Positions 1 through 9,634 of a stretch of 64,000 bases of DNA are shown here, in pieces. The notes beneath the pieces were generated by a model. It was not told the origin of the DNA. It was given only the letters and a program-made list of their open reading frames with translations, and did not search any database. The stretch comes from Candidatus Nomurabacteria bacterium (GTDB lineage: Bacteria; Patescibacteriota; Minisyncoccia; Phycocordibacterales; UBA918), in contig CP060228.1 of NCBI GenBank assembly GCA_023898565.1, forward strand, positions 624,594-688,593. The letters are read 5' to 3'. Numbering within the stretch: the first letter of the stretch is position 1; each line of letters starts with the position of its first letter. Made by a program: the position numbers and the translations under genes.

Positions 1-238
1 CGGGAAGCGAGTGTCCAGCGATGCCAAGTTTACCAGAGAGGTATTGAAAGAGCATGGCCATGCCGCTAGCCATCCAGATTACCCAAAGCAGGTCGTAGTT
101 AAATGTGGAGCCAGCGCCGATATTGGTCCCCCAATTGCCTGGGTCAATGTAGGCAACGCTCACTATGAGACCAGAGCCGGCAAACATCCAGAGTTGCCGA
201 TTAGTAAGAAAATTCCAAGAATGAAGTAGACGTTTCAT
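1..238 (-). CDS. mntH: NRAMP-family divalent metal (Mn2+/Fe2+) transporter, N-terminal part; the gene runs off the window start
   Basis: Minus-strand ATG at ~238 translates [75 protein letters not shown]... with the NRAMP DPGN signature. There is no stop before coordinate 1, so it is absent from the ORF track. Confidence 0.7.
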   Translation of the reverse strand, partial: MKRLLHSWNFLTNRQLWMFAGSGLIVSVAYIDPGNWGTNIGAGSTFNYDLLWVIWMASGMAMLFQYLSGKLGIAGHSLP

Positions 239-516
239 GTAATAGTAAAGTTAATAAGTTAATAAGTTGGTATCCAATTTGTTTCTGTAAGAAAAGTGTC
301 CGAGTGTCTTGTCGAAAGTGTTAAAAGATGACACACAAAACTGTCAGGACTTTTGTTTTGGTAGGAGATGGCTCGGTGAGCCGAAAACAACACGCCCATG
401 TTGTCAGATTGTATCGGTTGCGTCAAGGGATGTTTGTCACAGCTGTTATGTTATGTACGATTAAACAAACAAGTCGGTACAAAAAAGTCCGAGATAAACT
501 CGGACTTTTTATACTG

Positions 517-588
517 TGATCCCACGGAGAATCGAACTCCGATTACCAGAATGAAAACCTGGTGTCCTAGCCGTTAGACGATGGGACC
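517..588 (-). tRNA. tRNA-Glu (anticodon UUC)
   Basis: The reverse complement GGTCCCATCGTCTAACGGCTAGGACACCAGGTTTTCATTCTGGTAATCGGAGTTCGATTCTCCGTGGGATCA folds as a cloverleaf. The anticodon loop is TTTTCAT and the T-arm is GGAGTTCGATTCTCC. It closely resembles E. coli tRNA-Glu. Confidence 0.8.
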
Positions 589-660
589 AAAATCTATGTG
601 CCGCACATAATACCAAACTATTGAAAAAATGCTAGTCCTTGGGTGGTGGTTGTACGAAAG

Positions 661-692
661 AAACGGCCGGCCCCGAAGGGGCCGGCCGTTTC
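661..692. terminator. bidirectional intrinsic terminator hairpin
   Basis: AAACGGCCGGCCCC-GAAG-GGGGCCGGCCGTTT gives a 14-bp perfect stem flanked by an A-run and a T-run. It lies between tRNA-Glu and the 705..1133 gene. Confidence 0.6.
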
Positions 693-704
693 TTAAACAA
701 GAAT

Positions 705-1133
705 CTACGCATTGAGCTTTACGGTTTGGTTTGGCCTGGCGCGTTCCTTTTCGACCAACTCACTGAATGGGACGGCCATCATTGGAGATTTGATGTGTCG
801 CACGGCAGTGCGATGTAGGAACTCGTCTTGTGGCATGGCGAAGCCAATTCTGATTGAGCCAAGCTCTTTTGGGGTTAAGGTAATCGTCAAGAGACTTTGA
901 TGGCTGTATGACTTTACATCGATGTGTTCGATGTTTAGTGTGTGGGGATCGTAGATAATGTTGAGATGTTTAATTTGATTTTCGGTGAGCGGATACTGCA
1001 GGAGGAAGTTTACAGTTTCGCTCGTTCCGCGATGTAGAGTTAAATCGTGGAAGAAGTTGAAGCGGCGAACGTAGGGGCTCGCGAGGAGGTTATCGTCAGT
1101 GACGAAAAGAGAATAGAAACGAATCATAGGCAT
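705..1133 (-). CDS. hypothetical protein (142 aa)
   Basis: ORF-track ORF with no recognisable motif. A TTGACA-16-TAGCAT-like promoter sits ~100 nt upstream on the minus strand (~1241-1275). Confidence 0.4.
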   Translation of the reverse strand: MPMIRFYSLFVTDDNLLASPYVRRFNFFHDLTLHRGTSETVNFLLQYPLTENQIKHLNIIYDPHTLNIEHIDVKSYSHQSLLTITLTPKELGSIRIGFAMPQDEFLHRTAVRHIKSPMMAVPFSELVEKERARPNQTVKLNA

Positions 1134-1558
1134 TGGGCGCTGTGCGCGATTAACGCTGATAATTCGCTCAACGTTGTCTTGCGTATGAAGAATCGTGAAA
1201 TTCTGGGGAAGCTACTGCGTGCAGTCTGGTGACGGTTCGCTATACGACTAGTTTTATGCTATACCGACTGCAAAAGTTGTCAAGAGATAGAAAACGCTGT
1301 TTTGCACTGGTTTTTACACCCAGTTTTGCACGACTTATATACACACTTGTGCACAGTTTATACACAGAAGTACCTTGAAATAAGGTTTTTTGTGTAGTAT
1401 TGACTAATTTCCCTGGTGTGAGAACCTATATGTAGGTTTGCGGGGTGGTGAAGTATCTTAATACTTATGCTCGAGGCTACGAGCAAAGCCCGCAAGCCGA
1501 AGCTCTACGTTGTACAAAGTAAAAGCGCCCTGGAGGGGGCGCTTTTACGTATTGATAT

Positions 1559-1594
1559 AAAACACCGGCGGCCCGAAGGGCCGCCGGTGTTTTA
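1559..1594 (-). terminator. intrinsic terminator of trxB; a second hairpin lies at ~1521-1546
   Basis: AAACACCGGCGGCCC-GAAG-GGCCGCCGGTGTTTT immediately downstream of the trxB stop on the minus strand. Confidence 0.6.
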
Positions 1595-1684
1595 TGTGTG
1601 GTTGTGCGCCGACAATTTTTTCTAGGAAAGGAAAAAATTGCTGGGGGAAATTCACAATAGTCGCTTACGCTCGTTTGTTCATTT

Positions 1685-2623
1685 CTATTTAGCTTTCAGT
1701 GTCACGTAGATGTCTTCGAGAGCACGTACAGCATCGCCAGCCGCGATGTTGTTTTGGTGATAATGCACATTAGTGCAGTCGCCAGCCGCCCAGATATTTG
1801 GAGCTGATGTTTTCTGTGTCCACGGATCAATCACGATGCGTTTGTAGTTGTCGAGTTCAACAAGTCCAGAAGCGAAGGCTGTGTTTGGTACCATGCCGAT
1901 TTCAACAAAAATACCCGTGACTGGAATAGTTTTTTCTTCGCCGGTCTTGGTGTTTTTGTAAGTGATGCCGTTCACAAACGTATCACCGTCTACTGATACT
2001 GTTTCTGCGTTAAGAATTCCTGTCATGTTCTCATGTGCCAGTACTTTTTCTACCGTAACCGGATCAGCCTTGAACGCGTCGCTGTACTGCAGGAGCGTGA
2101 CACTTTTGGTGTAGGCAAGGAGTTGTGCGGCTGTTTCAAAGCCAGCGTTGCCACCACCAATGACTACCACATCTTGTCCGGCAAATACTGGGCCGTCACA
2201 GCTGGCACAGTAGGTGAGTCCTTTATGCTCAAAGGTGTCGGCACCAGGCACTCCAAGTTTGCGCCGTTGTGAACCGGCACAAATCAAAACTGCTTTCGTG
2301 TGATGTGTGCTGCCGTCGCTGAGGGTTGCTTCATAACCACCGTCTGTTTTGGTGAGCCCACTTACTGTTTGATCACCAATAATGCTCACGTGTTCGCCCG
2401 CGTAGGTTTCAAGGTGAGTCTTTAGATTTTTAGCGAGGTCGTTACCGCTTATAGAGGGCGTACCAATCCAGTTTTGGATATCAGTTGAGACGGTGCTTTG
2501 GCCACCCCATTCTTTAGTAACAAAAAGCGTCTTAAGTTGCTTACGAGAAGCATAGACACCGGCTGCGGTTCCAGCTGGTCCTCCACCAATGATGAGTAAG
2601 TCGTACATATTCAGATTAATCAA
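1685..2623 (-). CDS. trxB: thioredoxin-disulfide reductase
   Basis: FAD motif DLLIIGGGPAGTAAGVYA, redox-active CASCDG, NADPH motif VVVIGGGNAG. Confidence 0.9.
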   Translation of the reverse strand: MINLNMYDLLIIGGGPAGTAAGVYASRKQLKTLFVTKEWGGQSTVSTDIQNWIGTPSISGNDLAKNLKTHLETYAGEHVSIIGDQTVSGLTKTDGGYEATLSDGSTHHTKAVLICAGSQRRKLGVPGADTFEHKGLTYCASCDGPVFAGQDVVVIGGGNAGFETAAQLLAYTKSVTLLQYSDAFKADPVTVEKVLAHENMTGILNAETVSVDGDTFVNGITYKNTKTGEEKTIPVTGIFVEIGMVPNTAFASGLVELDNYKRIVIDPWTQKTSAPNIWAAGDCTNVHYHQNNIAAGDAVRALEDIYVTLKAK

Positions 2624-2723
2624 TTTACAAATTGCTCACGTAGGATACCACGAAGTGATGGCAAAACGAAAAAGCGCCGTAGGCGCTTTTTCGAGAGTAG
2701 GGTGGTTTCGTGAATAAACTCGC

Positions 2724-3974
2724 TTATTTAAGTTTTGAACGGCGAAGGAAAGCTGGTACTGCACCCCAGTCATCGTCATCGTCATCGTCTGCTGCATCAA
2801 TTGGCTTTGGATCTCGTTTTGGAGCAGGAGTAGGCTCTGCTTTGGTTGCGGGTGTAGGAGCAACGTCTACTTTCGGCGCCTCCCGCTTTGGAAGGGAATT
2901 AAAGATGCGGCCACGAACAGGTTCGCTGTCTTCCTCTTCCTTTTCTTCTTCTCGTGCTCGTGGCTCAGGAGCGCTTGGAGCACGTCGCGCAATACTATAA
3001 CTACCGCTACCGTCTGATTCTTCAGGGAATCCGGTTGCGATCACCGTAACCTTGAGCTCATTCTTTTTTAGTTTTTCATCCTTGATAGCACCAAAAATAA
3101 CGCGAGCTTGTGGATCGATTGATTCAGTAATTACACGAGCAGCATCTTGAATTTCGAGCATTCCTAGGTCATCTCCGCCAGCGATAGCAAAGAGAACACC
3201 CTTTGCTCCAGTGATTGACACTTCAAGGAGAGGAGAGTTGATAGCCGCGCGAGCAGCTTCTTCAGCTCGCTTTTCTCCAGATGATACACCGACGCCCATC
3301 AGTGCTGATCCGGCATTTTCCATAACAGAACGAATGTCAGCAAAGTCAACGTTGATGATACCTGGCATGGTGATGAGGTCTGAGATGCCTTCTACCGCTT
3401 GCTTTAGAATGTTGTCGCACTGCTCAAACGCATTTCTCACTGTAGTCTCCTTATCAACAATCGCTAGCAAACGATCGTTTGGAATAATGATAAGTGCGTC
3501 TACTTCTTGCTTTAGCTCTTCAATACCTTGAAGGGCAAGACGCATACGCTCTTGTCCTTCAAACAGAAATGGTTTGGTGACTACGCCAACAGTGAGTGCT
3601 CCGCTGTCGCGAGCAATCTTGGCGACTACGGGTGCTGCTCCGGTACCGGTGCCGCCACCCATACCCCCAGTAATGAAGATCATGTCTGAACCCTTGATTG
3701 AGTTATTGATTTCCTCACGGGTTTCTTCCGCTGCACGCCGCCCCATGTCTGGATTTCCGCCAGCGCCGAGGCCACGAGTCAAATTCTTGCCGATGTGAAT
3801 TTTTTTCTTAGCAAGCGAATGATGCAGGTCCTGAGCGTCGCTGTTTATTGCAATAAATTCAACACCTTTCACTTTCGATGCCACCATGTGATTCACGGCG
3901 TTGCCGCCTGAGCCGCCGACACCAACTACGCGAATGCGTGCGAATGACTCTACGTCTGATCTAATTTGTTCCAT
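2724..3974 (-). CDS. ftsZ: cell division GTPase FtsZ with an acidic poly-Asp C-terminal tail
   Basis: [15 protein letters not shown] and the tubulin signature [13 protein letters not shown]. It lies downstream of ftsA. Confidence 0.95.
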   Translation of the reverse strand: MEQIRSDVESFARIRVVGVGGSGGNAVNHMVASKVKGVEFIAINSDAQDLHHSLAKKKIHIGKNLTRGLGAGGNPDMGRRAAEETREEINNSIKGSDMIFITGGMGGGTGTGAAPVVAKIARDSGALTVGVVTKPFLFEGQERMRLALQGIEELKQEVDALIIIPNDRLLAIVDKETTVRNAFEQCDNILKQAVEGISDLITMPGIINVDFADIRSVMENAGSALMGVGVSSGEKRAEEAARAAINSPLLEVSITGAKGVLFAIAGGDDLGMLEIQDAARVITESIDPQARVIFGAIKDEKLKKNELKVTVIATGFPEESDGSGSYSIARRAPSAPEPRAREEEKEEEDSEPVRGRIFNSLPKREAPKVDVAPTPATKAEPTPAPKRDPKPIDAADDDDDDDWGAVPAFLRRSKLK

Positions 3975-4107
3975 ACAGAATTAATGTGTCTTGTTCACGC
4001 ACCCACCCCTGAGTACGATATTTAATAACAGATATATCATACACGTCACAAAATTATCTGTCACGATATTGACATAATTGACTTTCATGTAATTGACAAT
4101 AACAGTG

Positions 4108-5277
4108 TTATGGGAGGAATTGGCTAAGCCAGGAAAGGATATTTCGCTTGGTGTGTTTCACTATGCCAATGGTTGAGCTTTCCTCAGTATCACTTGCTCC
4201 CCACATGCAGAGGCCGTAGGCAACTGCCCAGGAAGCGTCACGGAGTTTGGTGCTTTTGCCAATATCGAGAGTAGCGATACGGGCTGGGAGTTCAAGTGAC
4301 TGTTTGGCAATCTCAGTGGTGTTGCTCACGCTTGCTCCTCCGCCAGTAAGAATAATACCAGCGGGTAGAAGTCCATCACGCTTAATTTTTTTTAAGTGAT
4401 TATCAATGAGGCTAAAAATATTTTTGAGTCGGTCCTGTACAATTTCGTCCAGCTTCTTTTTTGAAAAAGTTGCACTCGTCATAGCGCCGCGTTTAATTTT
4501 CTCAGCATCTTCGAGTGGGATTCTGAGGCCAAGGGCAATGTCGTTGGTGATGTCGCTTGATCCAGTAGGAAATATTTTGAGTGAGATTGGCGTGGAATCT
4601 TCAAAAACAACAATCGAAGTTGTTTCAGAGCCGATATTTGCCAAGATGCAACCAGCCCGCTTTTGTGCTTTGGAGAGCATGACAAAGCTGGCTGCTAGCG
4701 GAGAAGCAATAACATCTTCAACGTACACACCAAGACTTTCGATTGTCGCAATGAGATCATTCACGTGCTGCTCAAAAGTAGTGATGAAAAGGCTGTCGAC
4801 TTCAAGTTTGGTTCCCTTGAGACCTTGCGGGCGACCAAGCACTTCAGTGTTGTCAATAAGGTAACGCAGTGGAATGCTGTGGAGAATGCGACGATTGGGG
4901 ATGTGATCCATGATGCGCTCCTCGCTATCAGCCATGACTTTGTCGAGGTCTGAGGTGACAATCTCAGAGTCAGCTCGAGAGGGGATAATTTCACCATGTG
5001 AATAGATTTCCTCTAGCCCAATGCTGCCGATGGCTACGTGGGCACGCTTGATAGTAATACCAGCGTTTTTCTCTGCCTGTGCGAGCGCACTTTTGATACT
5101 ACGCGCCACTTCATTTTCCTGAAGGATGTAACCATTTTTGAGACCTCGACTCTCGGCGAGTCCGGTGCCGATGATTTCGGGCTTCATCACCCCGGAACCT
5201 TTTTTGGGCAGGCGAGCAACCGCCACTTTTACGTGGTAGGTGCCTACGTCGATACCGGTGATGATGTGATCAGTCAT
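4108..5277 (-). CDS. ftsA: cell division protein FtsA (actin-like ATPase)
   Basis: N-terminal ITGIDVGTYHVKVAVA actin fold and the canonical ftsA-ftsZ order. Confidence 0.9.
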   Translation of the reverse strand: MTDHIITGIDVGTYHVKVAVARLPKKGSGVMKPEIIGTGLAESRGLKNGYILQENEVARSIKSALAQAEKNAGITIKRAHVAIGSIGLEEIYSHGEIIPSRADSEIVTSDLDKVMADSEERIMDHIPNRRILHSIPLRYLIDNTEVLGRPQGLKGTKLEVDSLFITTFEQHVNDLIATIESLGVYVEDVIASPLAASFVMLSKAQKRAGCILANIGSETTSIVVFEDSTPISLKIFPTGSSDITNDIALGLRIPLEDAEKIKRGAMTSATFSKKKLDEIVQDRLKNIFSLIDNHLKKIKRDGLLPAGIILTGGGASVSNTTEIAKQSLELPARIATLDIGKSTKLRDASWAVAYGLCMWGASDTEESSTIGIVKHTKRNILSWLSQFLP

Positions 5278-5279
5278 GG

Positions 5280-5696
5280 CTATGAAATATTGAACGCTTT
5301 AAGGAACTTACGCTCGAGTGTATCCATTGTATCGCCATGGTCATGGCCTTTCAAATGGAGGCAGCCGTGGATAAATAGAAAAGCAACGTATCCCTCCTTC
5401 GAGAGATCAAATTTATGAGCTTCTTTATCGGCTACTTTAGGGCAGATGAAGATTTCGCCAGTTTGCTCATCGAGGGGGAACGAAAGAACGTTGGGGGTAT
5501 AGGTTTTCTTTCGGTAGGAAATATTAAGTGCAGCAGCACGGGCCTTTCCAACAAACATAAGCGACAGCTCGTATTTTTTGCCAAGAATTTTATTTTTTAT
5601 CTCCTCATACGGTAGTTTGGCAGGGTAGGTTTTGACGGTGCTCTGAACTGAAAACGTTTCCATAAGTGTGGTCATTATACATGGCTTCAGATACAA
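5280..5696 (-). CDS. ybeY: rRNA maturation endoribonuclease YbeY
   Basis: Zinc motif HGCLHLKGHDH matches the YbeY H-x3-H-x5-H signature. Its stop is 2 nt from the ftsA start. Confidence 0.85.
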   Translation of the reverse strand: MYLKPCIMTTLMETFSVQSTVKTYPAKLPYEEIKNKILGKKYELSLMFVGKARAAALNISYRKKTYTPNVLSFPLDEQTGEIFICPKVADKEAHKFDLSKEGYVAFLFIHGCLHLKGHDHGDTMDTLERKFLKAFNIS

Positions 5697-5737
5697 AAAC
5701 AGCCGTGTTTTTACACGGCTGTTTTGGAATAATAGTC

Positions 5738-5983
5738 TTATCGACGACGTCCACGAAATTCTTGTACCTTTCCGAGCTTTACGAGCTTCTCGTACACTTC
5801 GCGCTTTTCAAGCTTCTTAAGCTTAGCAGTGCGTTGTACGTTCTTGCTTTTAGTACGAGTGAAATATCGGCCACCGCGTACCTTCGGAATGATCCCAGCC
5901 CCTTGTACGCGCTTTGTGAAGCGACGGATGACATTGGCGCTGCTCTCGTTATTATTCTTTTCTACTTCAACATTGGTTGCCAT
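5738..5983 (-). CDS. rpsU: 30S ribosomal protein bS21
   Basis: From the internal Met: MATNVEVEKNNNESSANVIRRFTKRVQGAGIIPKVRGGRYFTRTKSKNVQRTAKLKKLEKR... is S21-like. The 56-aa N-terminal extension in the ORF track looks spurious. Confidence 0.75.
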   Translation of the reverse strand: MATNVEVEKNNNESSANVIRRFTKRVQGAGIIPKVRGGRYFTRTKSKNVQRTAKLKKLEKREVYEKLVKLGKVQEFRGRRR

Positions 5984-6026
5984 AGTGGCAAGAGCATACC
6001 ATTTGGTGATGATAGATGCAAGCGTT

Positions 6027-7202
6027 TTAGGCAGTAATGGCAGCCTTTCGCTTGAGGCGCTTAATGAGCGTCTCGTGGTCGATGTACTCTTGATTGCGCA
6101 GGTCCATATCGCGGAAAATAACGGTGTTCTCAACGAATTCCTTTTGGCCAATAATAAGTGTGTACTTTACGCCACGGGCTTCAGCTTCACGGAGTTGGGT
6201 AGAGAGTGAGTCGCTGGCGAGATTATGGAAAACAGGAACACCTGCTCTACGGAGTGAATCAATGAGCAGAAGACTGCGGATTTTTGGTCCAAAACCAAGC
6301 TGTACAACGAAGACAGCTGGTGTGGCTGGCTTTAAGCGTGGAGCACGGCTTGGTGCTTTGCTGTTTTTTAGTATCACGACGGCGCCCACAGCCGGCGTGC
6401 GGGTCTTGGTGGTGCGATAGACGAATTCATCAAACCGGCCACCGCGAGCGGTGAGTGGTACCTCTGTGCCCTCCTCGTTGGTTATATCAATTGAAAAAAT
6501 TGCGTCGGAGTAACACTCGTGGTGACCGAGCATTTTTGGATCAATCTCGTATGGTGTTTCGCTCATATCAAGATATTCGATTATTTCGCGGAAATGCTTC
6601 CGACTTGGATCGCTTAAGTATTCTAGCGGGTTAGGGCTACGAAAGGCGAGTTCGTGGTCTTCGGAAACGAGCTGTGACAGTGCTGCGAGCGGGTGCTCAC
6701 GCATGAGATCACGAGCCGCTGGCGGCATGGCGTCCATGCGTTTTTTAAGGAAGTTCGCGAGCTCGCGACTGTAGCGAGTAAGTGAGTCATTGTCTCCGAG
6801 TGAGTTAATGCGGACAGTGTGATCTACGTATCCGAGGTCGCTTACTAGGGCGCGAGTAGCATGAATAAGAATTGCCTCTGCGATACTGCGGTCTACGTTG
6901 AAGATGTGAAATGTCACGGCTGTTTCACCGGTTTCGGGAACCTGCTCAAATGAGTAGAGAAGTACAGGCTTTTCAAGTGCATGCAGCTTTTCATCACAGT
7001 AGGTTGCTACGCCAGAGCTCAGTAGTCCATGATGAGCATCAAAATTTCGGTTTGAATCATTGACTGAGTGAATCATCACCTTTTCACACTGTTTGCACTC
7101 AGGAGCTTTGCGTAGCTGGTCGATAGTCTGGAAGCCAAAATGCTCGGCAGTGTGATTTGCGACTTTGAGAAACTCCGTTGGTGAAAGTTGTGACATATGC
7201 AA
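6027..7202 (-). CDS. hisS: histidyl-tRNA synthetase-like class II aaRS with degenerate motifs 1 and 2
   Basis: Aligns to E. coli HisRS over HGLL, INSLGD (cf LNSIGS), TARGGRFDEFV (motif 3, cf AGGRYDGLV), TPAVGAVV and the C-terminal anticodon-binding domain VFVVQLG...LIIGQKEF. RPEGT and FRHERPQ are not recognisable. Confidence 0.75.
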   Translation of the reverse strand: MHMSQLSPTEFLKVANHTAEHFGFQTIDQLRKAPECKQCEKVMIHSVNDSNRNFDAHHGLLSSGVATYCDEKLHALEKPVLLYSFEQVPETGETAVTFHIFNVDRSIAEAILIHATRALVSDLGYVDHTVRINSLGDNDSLTRYSRELANFLKKRMDAMPPAARDLMREHPLAALSQLVSEDHELAFRSPNPLEYLSDPSRKHFREIIEYLDMSETPYEIDPKMLGHHECYSDAIFSIDITNEEGTEVPLTARGGRFDEFVYRTTKTRTPAVGAVVILKNSKAPSRAPRLKPATPAVFVVQLGFGPKIRSLLLIDSLRRAGVPVFHNLASDSLSTQLREAEARGVKYTLIIGQKEFVENTVIFRDMDLRNQEYIDHETLIKRLKRKAAITA

Positions 7203-7218
7203 TGATTTAGGTGAATTG

Positions 7219-7863
7219 TTAATTGATATACGTCTTAGGGTCGGTCAACTCTTCGGTAATAGTGACAGAGCCAGGTAAATAATTGAATTCGCTAGGTGGA
7301 AAGAGCCGAAGGAATGCGCGGCCAACAATGCGTTCTTCTTGCAGAACACCCCAAGCTCTGGAGTCTGAGCTGTTGTCACGGTTGTCTCCCATTACAAAAT
7401 ATTCACGGTCACCGAGGGTTTCGGTTAGCGCGTCAGTTGGAGCCATTGATTTGATATATGGCTCATCAATAATGAAGCCTTCTGGGTGTTCGGCGTTGGT
7501 GATGGTTACCACAGCGTTTGCTATGTCAATCTTGTCTCCAGGCACTCCTATAATGCGCTTGATAAAGAATTTTGAAGGGTCGCGCGGATAGCGAAAAATA
7601 ACCACGTCTCCGCGTGCGGGCTGATGCAGGTAGTAGCTTATTTGATCAACAATAATGTATTCACCACTGTGGAAGGTGTTCTCCATGGACGCGCCAGACA
7701 CGATAAACGGCTGTGCGATAAACATGCGAATTGGGATGACAATTAAAATCGCTATGATGGAAAAGCGAACGATTTCGGTGAGTGGGTGCTCTTTATGTTC
7801 AGCTTCAACATTCTCATTGTGAGAAGTGTCAATTGGAGGTTCTTGGTGTGAAAAATCTGACAT
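7219..7863 (-). CDS. lepB: signal peptidase I
   Basis: N-terminal TM segment, catalytic GASMENT (Ser), KRIIGVPGD (Lys) and the GDNRDNSSDSRAWG box. Confidence 0.9.
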   Translation of the reverse strand: MSDFSHQEPPIDTSHNENVEAEHKEHPLTEIVRFSIIAILIVIPIRMFIAQPFIVSGASMENTFHSGEYIIVDQISYYLHQPARGDVVIFRYPRDPSKFFIKRIIGVPGDKIDIANAVVTITNAEHPEGFIIDEPYIKSMAPTDALTETLGDREYFVMGDNRDNSSDSRAWGVLQEERIVGRAFLRLFPPSEFNYLPGSVTITEELTDPKTYIN

Positions 7864-7920
7864 AAAAAGTTACTACGTTGGCACTAGTATACGAAAATTT
7901 TTAAGTGAAAACAAATTTTT

Positions 7921-7962
7921 GGAAATATGCGTGTCGCACAAAGTGCGGCACGCATATTTCCA
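7921..7962. terminator. 19-bp near-perfect hairpin between lepB and the upstream membrane-protein gene
   Basis: GGAAATATGCGTGTCGCAC-AAA-GTGCGGCACGCATATTTCC with a T/A-rich flank. Confidence 0.5.
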
Positions 7963-7997
7963 AAAGAAAACGCACCCAATCGGGTGTGTGAATGATT

Positions 7998-8576
7998 TTA
8001 GTATCGCAATAAGTAGCGATGCAATAGGCTATACGGCAACGCTGCACTGATGGTTGTGCAGCAGAAACAGCTGCAGCCAGCGATGAGTAGAGTTTGATCG
8101 CTACTAGGGAAGCTGACCATGAATAATGAACTGAGTGCGCAAGATCCAATCGCAGCGGCCAGCAGAAGTATTTGTGGCTTTGGTCGGAATAAAGTACCAA
8201 TTATCCCACCCCCAAGACCACTGAGAATCAAAAGTAGTTGAGTGACTTCAATGAAAAACTGACGTTCTGTCGGTGAGTTATCCGCTTTTCCCAGTTCAAA
8301 CCAAATTGGTATTGGTATTTGTAAAGGTGTTGCGCCAGCAGCAGCGATCATTGCTGGCGATACTGGGGGTGGCGTGGATAGTTCGGCATACGAACGGTTG
8401 ATGATCATCGCTTCAGCGCAGAAAATAAGCAGCGAACCGAAGAGAAAGAGACAGTTGCGAGATATACGCTTGACTGTGAACTCATACAAAATCATGTTTG
8501 TAAGCCTGCTCACGGTATTCTCCTTAGAGTGGACTGGTCTGGTTGATAGCGTACGCATCTGTCTGAGTGTCGTCAA
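7998..8576 (-). CDS. hypothetical polytopic membrane protein
   Basis: 192-aa ORF with several hydrophobic segments; the start is uncertain. Confidence 0.35.
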   Translation of the reverse strand: MTTLRQMRTLSTRPVHSKENTVSRLTNMILYEFTVKRISRNCLFLFGSLLIFCAEAMIINRSYAELSTPPPVSPAMIAAAGATPLQIPIPIWFELGKADNSPTERQFFIEVTQLLLILSGLGGGIIGTLFRPKPQILLLAAAIGSCALSSLFMVSFPSSDQTLLIAGCSCFCCTTISAALPYSLLHRYLLRY

Positions 8577-8622
8577 TGGGTTGCTATTTCGCAGGTGCCA
8601 CCGTTGCTGCTAAAATAAACAC

Positions 8623-9210
8623 ATGCACTATATAGTCCCACTCGGTAATCCAGGCGATAAGTATCAAGACACTCGCCATAATGTCGGTTGGCAAGCGATA
8701 GATTTTTGTATTGGTGCTTGGCGTTTGCCGTCTTTGGTGGAGTCGGGTGGACTGTCAGGACGTCTTACCGAAGGGGTGGTGCAAGGTGGCGAAGTAACGA
8801 TTCTCTATCCAACCACCTTTATGAATAATTCTGGCAGCGCTGTGCAGAAGTTGGTACCGAAAGGTGCGACAGGACAGCTGATTGTGATACATGATGACGT
8901 TGATTTGCCGCTTGGTGAAATAAAAGTTACGCAAGGGAAGGGGGCCGGTGGCAATAACGGGGTGTCGTCGATTATTGAAAAGCTTGGCTCGAAGGATTTT
9001 GTGCGGGTGCGCATCGGGATTGCGCCAAAGAGTTTTTGGACTGGGAAGACGAAGCGGCCCACTGGAGGCGGCCCACTGGAGCGCTTTGTGCTTAAAGCGT
9101 TTACAAGTAGCGAACAAAAGCAGTTGGTAGAAGTGTTTCCACAAGTGCAGCGGGCGATTGAGACCATTGTGGCTGACGGTGTGACGAAGGCGATGAATCA
9201 GTGTAATTAA
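8623..9210 (+). CDS. pth: peptidyl-tRNA hydrolase
   Basis: MHYIVPLGNPGDKYQDTRHNVGW with the catalytic His in the NPG..Y..TRHN context. Confidence 0.9.
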   Translation: MHYIVPLGNPGDKYQDTRHNVGWQAIDFCIGAWRLPSLVESGGLSGRLTEGVVQGGEVTILYPTTFMNNSGSAVQKLVPKGATGQLIVIHDDVDLPLGEIKVTQGKGAGGNNGVSSIIEKLGSKDFVRVRIGIAPKSFWTGKTKRPTGGGPLERFVLKAFTSSEQKQLVEVFPQVQRAIETIVADGVTKAMNQCN

Positions 9211-9293
9211 AAAATTGCGTGACCGTAGGTCACGCAATTTGATGCTCTGTGCCACAATCTAAAAAAAGAATGAATGTAGGTAGATTATCTTCC

Positions 9294-9515
9294 TTAGTCG
9301 TTCTCATTCTCGTATCGGTAGTGCAGCCAGAGATCGCCGAATGATTCTTCGGTGGTTTTTAAAAACATTACCCAGACGCCGTAAATGGTTAGTACGATAA
9401 AGGTTTCGTTTGGAACTCCAGTTGCGTTGAGCAGTATGGCTGAGGCTGTGTAAAGAGCGCTGATGGTAAAGAATATGCCAATAACGCACCAGTCATCGAA
9501 GGGATCATATTCCAT
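9294..9515 (-). CDS. small membrane protein (73 aa), hypothetical
   Basis: Two hydrophobic helices. On the minus strand there is a TTGACT-17-TAAGTT promoter-like sequence and a GGAG SD 8 nt before the ATG. The gene follows the rpsA terminator. Confidence 0.45.
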   Translation of the reverse strand: MEYDPFDDWCVIGIFFTISALYTASAILLNATGVPNETFIVLTIYGVWVMFLKTTEESFGDLWLHYRYENEND

Positions 9516-9576
9516 GATTATTCTCCAAAGTTTCCGGTGGTAACTTAAGTGTATTTGGGTGATTAGTCAATGTAGT

Positions 9577-9621
9577 AAAACAAACCGGCCGGGACCCTTT
9601 GGGTCCCGGCCGGTTTGTTTT
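9577..9621. terminator. 18-20-bp perfect hairpin terminator after rpsA
   Basis: AAACAAACCGGCCGGGACCC-TTTG-GGTCCCGGCCGGTTTGTTT. Confidence 0.65.
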
Positions 9622-9634
9622 AGTTCACCAACGC

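Noticed and set aside
5984-6151. 56-aa N-terminal extension of rpsU in the ORF track
   Set aside because: bS21 homologs start at the internal MATNVEVEK and the extension has no ribosomal-protein character. Note also that my hand count of the displayed sequence around 5940 and 30840 disagreed with the track frame by 1 nt. I trusted the track coordinates there.
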